Shown piece by piece: positions 57,293 through 64,000 of a stretch of DNA of 64,000 nt. This DNA is from an uncultured Ruminococcus sp. (GTDB taxonomy: Bacteria; Bacillota; Clostridia; Oscillospirales; Acutalibacteraceae), in NCBI GenBank assembly GCA_902792115.1, contig CADAYJ010000003.1, positions 2,088 through 66,087 on the forward strand, given 5' to 3'. The notes beneath the pieces were generated by a model. It worked only from the letters and a program-made list of their open reading frames with translations. It was not told the DNA's origin and ran no database searches. The first letter of the stretch is position 1. The number at the start of each line of letters is the position of its first letter. Made by a program: the position numbers and the translations under genes.

Positions 57293-58038
57293 TATCGTTT
57301 TCTTCGTCTTGCGGCGACCGTGATCCGCTGAGACGTCTCCTTCGGCTGCCCGAACGTCGTGTCGTCATACACGGCGAGGACGTCGAACGAGCACTCGTCC
57401 AGAAGCTCGCGAAGCCTTTCGAGCGGATACGCAAATTCACGGAAGCTCTCGCTCTCGCGTGTGTACAGTTTGCCGCGCGGCTCAAAAAAGTCAAGCTCGA
57501 TCTTAACGGAGCAGTCGCTCTCGCGGAACGTGTTCTGCCAGACGAGAAACACCTCGTCCGTGTCGTAGACAAAAGTATTGTTCCCAAGAATATTCTCGTG
57601 CTTGTACGGCGTATTGACGTCGAAGACGAACAGTCCGCCGTCCGTCAGATAGTACGAAACACGCTCAAGCGCTTTTTTCAGCTCACTCTCGCCCTGAAGG
57701 TGACTGAGGCTGTCGAGCGTGCAGACGCAGGTGTCGATCTCTCCGAACAGCTCGAGCGACTGCATCTTCTGGCGTATGAACATTATTTCAAGCTCGTTCT
57801 CAAACGCCTTCTGCTGCGCCTGAGTGAGCATTTCATACGATGCGTCGGCTCCGAAAACGTCCACCCCGCGCTTTTTAAGCTCCAGCGTGAGCGAGCCTGT
57901 TCCGCAGGCGAGGTCGAGCGTCTCTCCCGGCGTGTGACCGAAGCGGCGGAATATCTCGCACAGATAATCCGCCTTCTCTGCGTAATCAACATTTCGCGTC
58001 AGACCGTCGTAAAACCCGGCAAACACACCGTATGACAT
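57292..58038 (-). CDS. Class I SAM-dependent methyltransferase
   Basis: SAM motif I LDLACGTGSLTLEL and post-I DASYEML. 248 aa. Confidence 0.8.
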   Translation of the reverse strand: MSYGVFAGFYDGLTRNVDYAEKADYLCEIFRRFGHTPGETLDLACGTGSLTLELKKRGVDVFGADASYEMLTQAQQKAFENELEIMFIRQKMQSLELFGEIDTCVCTLDSLSHLQGESELKKALERVSYYLTDGGLFVFDVNTPYKHENILGNNTFVYDTDEVFLVWQNTFRESDCSVKIELDFFEPRGKLYTRESESFREFAYPLERLRELLDECSFDVLAVYDDTTFGQPKETSQRITVAARRRKR

Positions 58039-58349
58039 TACTCGCTCTCCTTCGCTTCAAGCTCCTTCAGCCTCTCGAAAACGAGCGAATAGCCATCGCA
58101 GCTCGTGTAGTTGAGCGAACGGTTTACGCGGCTGATCGTAGCCGTTGAAGCGCTCGTCTTCGCGACGATCTCGCTGTAAACGGTGTTCTCGCTGAGCAGC
58201 TTCGCGACCATCAGGCGGCGCGACATCGCGTTCAGCTCCGGCACGGTGCAGAGGTCCTCAAAGAAACGGCGGCACTCGTCTACCGTTTCAAGCGTCGTGA
58301 TCGCCTTATAGAGATAATTCAGGTTTTCTTCGTCCAGTTTTGCGTTCAT
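58038..58349 (-). CDS. yerC: TrpR-like YerC/YecD-family protein
   Basis: LYKAITTLETVDECRRFFEDLCTVPELNAMSRRLMVAKLL...SYSEIVAKTSASTATISRV is characteristic of the YerC/YecD family. Confidence 0.85.
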   Translation of the reverse strand: MNAKLDEENLNYLYKAITTLETVDECRRFFEDLCTVPELNAMSRRLMVAKLLSENTVYSEIVAKTSASTATISRVNRSLNYTSCDGYSLVFERLKELEAKESE

Positions 58350-58497
58350 GATAAATACTCCTTGTAGATACGTTATTCCAGCCGGGTAGATCCGGCGTTT
58401 TGTTACACGAATTAAAGCATTAAACCGCTCTTATCATTTTATCACAAACTAAAGCAAAAGTAAAGAAGAAAAATTCTCCCCGTAAGGTGCGTGCACA

Positions 58498-58527
58498 CAA
58501 AAACCCCCTCCCGAAGCCGGAAGGGGG
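58498..58527 (-). terminator. Intrinsic terminator of the malQ-glgP fusion gene
   Basis: Minus strand CCCCCTTCCGGCTTCGGGAGGGGG + TTTTT. Confidence 0.8.
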
Positions 58528-58550
58528 AATTCATTATGCTTTTCGGAAGA

Positions 58551-61500
58551 TTACTTTACCTTGGAGACCTTCCAAAGCTCGTCCGCATACTGGAGGATCG
58601 TTCTGTCGGAGCTGAACTTACCTGCGTTTGCGACGTTCATGAGACACTTTCTGCCCCATGCCTGTCTGTCTTCAAAGTCTGCGTTCGCCTTGATCTTCGT
58701 CTCAACGTAGGACGGGAGATCGAGAAGAATGAAGTAATGGTCGGGATCATGCCAGGAAGCGCCGTTGATGAGCGAGCTGTGAAGCTCTGCAAAGCTGCCC
58801 TCGCCCTGCTTGCCGCCGTCGGAGAATGTGCCGTCGATGAGAGTGTCGATAACCTTCTTGATCTCCGGGTTCTCCTCGTAGATCTTCTTAGCGGAGTATG
58901 TCTTCTGAGCCTTGAGAGCCTCGATCTCTTCGACCTTCGCGCCGAAGATGTACTCGTTCTCGTCGCCTGCCTCGCGTGCGATCTCGACGTTAGCGCCGTC
59001 GAGCGTACCAAGAGTTACTGCGCCGTTGAGCATGAACTTCATGTTCGACGTACCGGAAGCCTCCGTACCTGCCGTGGAGATCTGCTCGGAGAAATCAGCG
59101 GCAGTAACGATCTTCTCGGCGTACGATACGTTATAGTTCTGAACGAATACGACCTTCATCTTGTCGTTTACGTCCTTGTCGTTGTTTACGAGCTTAGCGA
59201 TCTCGTTGATATACTTGATGATAGCCTTAGCTCTCGCGTAGCCCGGAGCAGCCTTTGCGCCGAAGATGAACGCTGTCGGGTGCCAGTTCGGAAGCTCGCC
59301 CTTCTTGAGCTTGAAGTAGATATCCATGATCGAGAACGCATTGAGGAGCTGCCTCTTGTACTCGTGGAGACGCTTGACCTGAATGTCAAAGATAGCGTCG
59401 GGGTTGAGGTCTACGCCCTCGTGCTTGCTGATGTAATCAGCGAGCTGGCGCTTCTTCTCGTGCTTGATAGCGTTGAAGCGGTCGATCGTCTCGGGAGTGA
59501 TGTGAGCCTCGAGCTTTTTAAGCTCGTCGAGGTCTCTGAGATATGCGCTGCTGCCGATAGCGTCGGTGAGCAGGTCGCAAAGCTCCGGGTTGCACAGGCC
59601 GAGCCAGCGGCGCTGTGTGATACCGTTCGTCTTGTTCTGGAAACGCTCGGGGTATATCTTGTACCAATCCTTGAGCGTGTCAGCCTTGAGGATCTCCGTG
59701 TGGATCTCCGCAACGCCGTTCGTGTAGCTCGAAGCGTATACAGCCATTCTTGCCATGTGAACAACGCCGCCGTCAATGATCCTCATTCTGGAGATGTCGC
59801 ACTTCGGTCCGAGATCCTTCTCAAGCCTTGCGGCGATCTTCTCGATGATAGCGTAAACCTCGGGAATTACGGACTTCATCAGGTCGATGTTCCACTTCTC
59901 GAGAGCCTCTGCCATAACGGTGTGGTTCGTGTAGGAGAACGTCTTCTGAGCGACCTTGAAAGCCTCCTCAAATGTGAGACCGTCGTTCATAAGGAGACGG
60001 ATAAGCTCGGGAACGGATACAACGGGGTGTGTATCGTTGAGCTGGATAGCAGTTTCCTCGGCGAACTTGTTGTAGTTGTCGCCGTACTTCTTCTTGTACT
60101 TCTTGATGATATCCTGAAGCGAAGCGGAGCAGAAGAAATACTGCTGCTTCAGGCGGAGAACCTTACCCTCGTGACGGTTGTCGTTCGGGTAGAGGACGTT
60201 TGTGATATCCTCGGCGCGGTTCTTTTCAGCAACGGAGCCGGTGTAATCGAAGCTGTTGAACTTCAGGAAATCGAAGTTCTCCATCGCCTCTGCCTCCCAA
60301 AGGCGGAGAGTGTTGATGTTCTCCGTGCCGTAGCCGATGATAGCCATATCGTAAGGAACAGCCTTGACGACCTGATCGGCGAACTTAACGACAACAGTGT
60401 CTTCGTTTCTGCGGATGCACCACGGATCGCCGAAGCGCTGCCAGTCGTCCGCGGACTCGACCTGGAAGCCGTCTACGATGCTCTGCTTGAACAGACCGTA
60501 CTTGTAGCGGATGCCGTAGCCGTCGAGCGGAACGTCGTGCGTAGCCGCGGAATCGAGGAAACAGGCAGCAAGTCTGCCGAGACCGCCGTTGCCGAGAGCC
60601 GCGTCGTCTATGTCCTCAAATACGTTGATGTCGATGCCCTTCTGAAGAAGCATTTCCTTGACATCATCAAGGATGCCGAGGCAGTACAGGTTGTTGTACA
60701 TCATTCGTCCCATAAGGAACTCAGCCGAGAAATAATAAGCTCTTCTCTGGCTCGCGTGAACATTCTTAGCCTTTGTCCAGCGCTCGGAGATCTCACCCAT
60801 TACTGCCTTGCCGAGCTCTTCGTGAAGCTCTTCTGTCGTAAGCTCCTCAACAGACTTGCAATAGTCTGTCTTTGCAGCAAGCTCCAGCTTTTCAAGGATC
60901 GGATTCTTCTCAGTATTTTCCATGTCTTCGTTTTCCTCCAGCCTGTCATACTTGACAGTTAATTCTCTGATCTTTTTAGCAAGACCGTTTGTCGCGTAAT
61001 CTTTTCTGATACGCCACTCCCAGTTACCGCCGAGAGTAGACGGTGTATTCATTCTCGCCTCCGTGCCGAGTCCGAGCAGATCCTGCATCTGAATGATCGC
61101 AGTGTCTGCAACGCTCTCATACGCGGTGCGGATGATGCCCCAGTTAAACGGCTCGTCGTCTGCCATCTTGCAGTATTCCTTTGCAAACTCGATGCAGTCC
61201 TTCTTAGCCGTATCAGCCCAGCCGATAAGCGTGTCGTTGTCGTGCGTGCCTGAATAAACGACGGAGTTGGGCGTGTATGTATGCGGAAGATAGTCGTTCT
61301 CCTCGTCGGAATCGAACGCAAACTCCAGCACCTTCATTCCCGGATAGCCGGAATCCTTGAGCAGCTTGATGACGCCGGGCGTCATAGTGCCGAGATCCTC
61401 CGCGATGATCGGGAGATCCCCCAGCTCCTTCCTCATAAGGTTGAAGAATTCAATGCCGGGACCTTCCTTCCAGGAGCCGTGGATCGCGTTCTCAGCCGGG

Positions 61501-62441
61501 AACGGGATAGCGTAGTAGCTGTCAAAGGCTCTGAAATGGTCGATCCTCGTGATGTCAAACAGCTCGCTCGCAGCCTTGATGCGCTCGAACCACCACTTGT
61601 ACCCCGTCTTTTTGAGGTACTTCCAGTCGTAGATCGGGTTGCCCCAGAGCTGACCTGTCTCGGAGAAGTAATCCGGCGGACAGCCTGCAACGCACACCGG
61701 CTGCCTTTCCTCCGTGAGCCAGAAGACCTCGGGGTTAGCCCATGTGTCGGCGCTGTCCATCGCGACGTAGATCGGCATATCGCCGATGATCTCTATGCCG
61801 AGACCGTTTACATACGCTCTGAACTTCTCCCACTGCTGGTAGAACTTGAACTGAACGAACTTCCAGAAGGCGATCTCGCCTCTGAGAGAGGTTTTGTACT
61901 TTTTGATAGCCTCCGGGGTACGCAGGCGAATGCCTTCGTCCTCCCACTCCGTCCATGCCTTATTATCGAAATTACCTTTTACCGCCATGTAAAGCGAATA
62001 ATTATCGAGCCAGCCCTTGTTCTTCGGCTTGTTGCACCAAGCCTTGAACTGCTTCTGCTCGGCTTCGCGCTCAGGCGACTTCTTCTTGAAATTCTTGAAA
62101 GCGATCCTGAGAACCTTGAAACGGTTGTTGTAGATCTTCTCGTAATCTACGTATTCGCTGTTGTCGCCCCAGTTGATGTTCTTGTAATCATTGGGCTTGA
62201 GCAGTCCTTCCTCACAAAGCGTATCGAGGTCGATGAGATAAGGGTTCCCGGCAAAAGTCGAGAACGACTGATACGGCGAATCACCGTAGCTGGTAGGACC
62301 TACCGGAAGTATCTGCCAATACTTCTGACCTGCTCCCTTCAAGAAATTTGCAAACTCGTAAGCGTCCTTTCCTATTGTGCCGATACCGCAGCGAGTAGGG
62401 AGAGAGGTGATGGGCATAAGTATACCCGCAGCTCTGGACAT
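58551..62441 (-). CDS. Fusion protein: 4-alpha-glucanotransferase (GH77, aa 1-~500) + alpha-glucan/glycogen phosphorylase (GT35, aa ~507-1296)
   Basis: The N-terminal half (GILMPITSLP...WQILPVGPTSYGDSPYQSFSTFAGNPYLID...) is MalQ-like. The C-terminal half (YFSAEFLMGR, DAALGNGGLGRLAACFLDS, EASGTSNMKFMLNGA with the PLP Lys) is GlgP/MalP-like. It is a single uninterrupted 1296-codon ORF. Confidence 0.9.
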   Translation of the reverse strand: MSRAAGILMPITSLPTRCGIGTIGKDAYEFANFLKGAGQKYWQILPVGPTSYGDSPYQSFSTFAGNPYLIDLDTLCEEGLLKPNDYKNINWGDNSEYVDYEKIYNNRFKVLRIAFKNFKKKSPEREAEQKQFKAWCNKPKNKGWLDNYSLYMAVKGNFDNKAWTEWEDEGIRLRTPEAIKKYKTSLRGEIAFWKFVQFKFYQQWEKFRAYVNGLGIEIIGDMPIYVAMDSADTWANPEVFWLTEERQPVCVAGCPPDYFSETGQLWGNPIYDWKYLKKTGYKWWFERIKAASELFDITRIDHFRAFDSYYAIPFPAENAIHGSWKEGPGIEFFNLMRKELGDLPIIAEDLGTMTPGVIKLLKDSGYPGMKVLEFAFDSDEENDYLPHTYTPNSVVYSGTHDNDTLIGWADTAKKDCIEFAKEYCKMADDEPFNWGIIRTAYESVADTAIIQMQDLLGLGTEARMNTPSTLGGNWEWRIRKDYATNGLAKKIRELTVKYDRLEENEDMENTEKNPILEKLELAAKTDYCKSVEELTTEELHEELGKAVMGEISERWTKAKNVHASQRRAYYFSAEFLMGRMMYNNLYCLGILDDVKEMLLQKGIDINVFEDIDDAALGNGGLGRLAACFLDSAATHDVPLDGYGIRYKYGLFKQSIVDGFQVESADDWQRFGDPWCIRRNEDTVVVKFADQVVKAVPYDMAIIGYGTENINTLRLWEAEAMENFDFLKFNSFDYTGSVAEKNRAEDITNVLYPNDNRHEGKVLRLKQQYFFCSASLQDIIKKYKKKYGDNYNKFAEETAIQLNDTHPVVSVPELIRLLMNDGLTFEEAFKVAQKTFSYTNHTVMAEALEKWNIDLMKSVIPEVYAIIEKIAARLEKDLGPKCDISRMRIIDGGVVHMARMAVYASSYTNGVAEIHTEILKADTLKDWYKIYPERFQNKTNGITQRRWLGLCNPELCDLLTDAIGSSAYLRDLDELKKLEAHITPETIDRFNAIKHEKKRQLADYISKHEGVDLNPDAIFDIQVKRLHEYKRQLLNAFSIMDIYFKLKKGELPNWHPTAFIFGAKAAPGYARAKAIIKYINEIAKLVNNDKDVNDKMKVVFVQNYNVSYAEKIVTAADFSEQISTAGTEASGTSNMKFMLNGAVTLGTLDGANVEIAREAGDENEYIFGAKVEEIEALKAQKTYSAKKIYEENPEIKKVIDTLIDGTFSDGGKQGEGSFAELHSSLINGASWHDPDHYFILLDLPSYVETKIKANADFEDRQAWGRKCLMNVANAGKFSSDRTILQYADELWKVSKVK

Positions 62442-62585
62442 TTAATTCACACCTTTCGTTTTCCGCAGCAAGCTGTGCGGAGCTGTCTCTGTAATTTTGA
62501 CGAGCAATAATTGCATATTGCAAAACACGTGCAAGCACCCGCCTGATGAAAAGACCGATAAGGCGGCACTCGCCCATATAAGTGT

Positions 62586-62614
62586 ATTTTAACATAAATC
62601 TTTGTGATAAGCAA
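62586..62614 (-). promoter_or_regulatory. Sigma-A-type promoter of the malQ-glgP fusion gene
   Basis: Minus strand TTGCTT-17 nt-TAAAAT with a TG extended -10. The 5' UTR is about 140 nt. Confidence 0.5.
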
Positions 62615-62730
62615 GTGTTTAGAGCAAAATAAACGAAAAAATATTACAAAAACCGCAAATTTTATTATAGGGAGAACTCCGGACAGCCGCAGAACGGATC
62701 ACCTCCGGCAAACAAGGCGGAAAATAATAA

Positions 62731-62777
62731 TGAAAACAGAGGGGCTGCTCAGAACTCAGAAGGTTTTGAGCAGCCCC
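62731..62777 (-). terminator. Intrinsic terminator of fhs
   Basis: GGGGCTGCTCA-15 nt loop-TGAGCAGCCCC followed on the minus strand by TCTGTTTTC. Confidence 0.65.
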
Positions 62778-62805
62778 AAAGGAAAATTTTATCGGAGTCG
62801 GTTTA

Positions 62806-64000
62806 TCAGAACAGACCGGAGATAACCCCGTTTTCGTCAACGTCGATGCGCTCCGCTGCCGGTGATTTCGGCAGACCGGGCATTGTCATGATCGAGCCGG
62901 TGAGAGCGACAATGAAGCCTGCTCCGGCTGATATCCTCAGGTCGCGCACCGTTACGGTGAAGCCCTTCGGCGCGCCGAGCTTTGAAGGATCGTCGGAAAG
63001 GCTGTACTGCGTCTTCGCCATGCAGACGGGCAGACCGCCGCAGCCAAGCTCCTTTATCTTCGCAAGCTGCTTCTGCGCAGCAGCCGTGAACTGTACGCCG
63101 TCGCCGCCGTACACCTTGCGGACGATATCGGCGATCTTCTCCTCGAGCGGCTCGTCAAGCTCGTAGCTGAAGCGGAAATCGGGAGTCTCCTCCTCGCAGA
63201 GACGAACGACCTCCCTTGCAAGCTCCTCGCCGCCCTTTCCGCCGTCTGCCCAGACGGTCGAGAGACGGACGTTTACGCCAAGCTCGCGGCACTTGGAGAT
63301 GATGAGGTCGATCTCCGCGTCCGTATCAGTCGGGAAGCGGTTGACCGCGACGACGGAGGGCAGACCGTACACGTCCTTGATGTTTGAAACGTGCTTGAGC
63401 AGATTCGGGATACCGCGCTCCAGAGCGGCGAGATCCTCGTTTGCAAGCTCCGCCTTTGCCGCGCCTCCGTGCATTTTGAGCGCCCTTACCGTCGCGACGA
63501 CGACGACCGCGGAAGGCGTAAGCCCTGCGTAGCGGCACTTGATATCGAGGAACTTCTCGGCTCCCAGGTCTGCGCCGAAGCCTGCCTCCGTGATCGCGTA
63601 ATCGCCGAGCCTGAGAGCCATTTTCGTAGCCGTTACGGAGTTGCAGCCGTGCGCGATATTTGCGAACGGTCCGCCGTGAACGAGCGCCGGCGTGCCTTCG
63701 AGCGTCTGAACGAGATTCGGCTTCAAGGCGTCCTTTAGAAGAGCCGCCATCGCGCCGGCAGCCTTGATGTCGCCTGCGGTAACGGGCTTCTCGTCGTATG
63801 TGTAGCCGACGATCAGGCGCGAAAGACGCTCCTTGAGGTCGGTCATGGAGGTTGCGAGGCAAAGCACAGCCATTACCTCGGAGGCTACCGTGATATCGTA
63901 GCCGTCCTCACGCGGAACGCCGTTGACTCTGCCGCCCAGACCGTCCGTCACAAAGCGGAGCTGGCGGTCGTTCATATCGACGCAGCGCTTCCAGGTGATC
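62806..64000 (-). CDS. fhs: Formate--tetrahydrofolate ligase, C-terminal ~2/3 (gene runs off the window end)
   Basis: [13 protein letters not shown]...[20 protein letters not shown]...[22 protein letters not shown] is the characteristic FTHFS sequence. The reading frame stays open to the window edge. Confidence 0.93.
   Translation of the reverse strand, partial: ITWKRCVDMNDRQLRFVTDGLGGRVNGVPREDGYDITVASEVMAVLCLATSMTDLKERLSRLIVGYTYDEKPVTAGDIKAAGAMAALLKDALKPNLVQTLEGTPALVHGGPFANIAHGCNSVTATKMALRLGDYAITEAGFGADLGAEKFLDIKCRYAGLTPSAVVVVATVRALKMHGGAAKAELANEDLAALERGIPNLLKHVSNIKDVYGLPSVVAVNRFPTDTDAEIDLIISKCRELGVNVRLSTVWADGGKGGEELAREVVRLCEEETPDFRFSYELDEPLEEKIADIVRKVYGGDGVQFTAAAQKQLAKIKELGCGGLPVCMAKTQYSLSDDPSKLGAPKGFTVTVRDLRISAGAGFIVALTGSIMTMPGLPKSPAAERIDVDENGVISGLF

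Noticed and set aside
58491-60962. 823-aa plus-strand ORF, with similar long ORFs at 30360-32135, 5571-6953, 51620-53077, 9940-11133, 28961-30004, 54375-55568 and 61281-62510, among others.
   Set aside because: All lie antisense to genes with unmistakable homology-type sequences (GlgP, SpoIVA, AlaS, MutS, HprK, MiaB). Their translations are R/A/L/V/D-rich and motif-free. They have no RBS. They are the expected stop-codon-poor antisense frames of a high-GC genome.

Overview
This window reads as a core chromosomal segment of a high-GC, spore-forming Firmicute. Its gene content and order look like Clostridia of the Oscillospiraceae/Ruminococcaceae type, judged by eye from the translated ORFs only; no searches were run. 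I support about 64 protein genes (mostly minus strand), 2 tRNAs, one T-box leader, one CIRCE operator, a candidate L19 leader, and a set of sigma-A-like promoters and intrinsic terminators.

Gene content in order:
- groESL and a MutS-paralogue ATPase
- tRNA-Val and a PadR regulator
- Lrp plus aminotransferase
- a sugar-transferase / O-antigen-ligase-like pair
- spoIIAA-spoIIAB-sigF
- alaS (T-box), an SseB-like protein, a hydrolase, gltX-glnS
- hom-thrB-lysC
- tRNA-Arg and a DUF2975/XRE/polytopic-membrane operon
- hprK-PHP-murB-rapZ-whiA
- spoIVA, a mini-M50 protease pair, ldh
- yraN-rnhB-rbgA-lepB-rplS, rluD-lspA-ileS
- divIVA-ylmH-sepF-yggS
- miaA-mutL-mutS-miaB
- hslO, a MalQ-GlgP fusion, fhs

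I see no CRISPR array, integrase, transposase, prophage or recognisable defence island. No clear novel system is supported by the sequence.

The most unusual items are:
- an in-frame 4-alpha-glucanotransferase::glycogen phosphorylase fusion that keeps an SD+ATG at the junction
- a tRNA-Arg-proximal uncharacterised DUF2975-XRE-DUF4153-like operon with an 11-bp perfect inverted repeat bracketing its -10 element and RBS
- a GC-rich terminator-like structured leader or sRNA between a consensus promoter and padR
- a sepF gene whose coding-like acidic N-terminal extension has no in-frame start codon
- several domain-architecture oddities: a duplicated YgjP module, a basic extension on RbgA, a Cys-rich tail on YlbF, and rapZ-whiA without yvcK

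The many long ORFs antisense to real genes are treated as GC artefacts.
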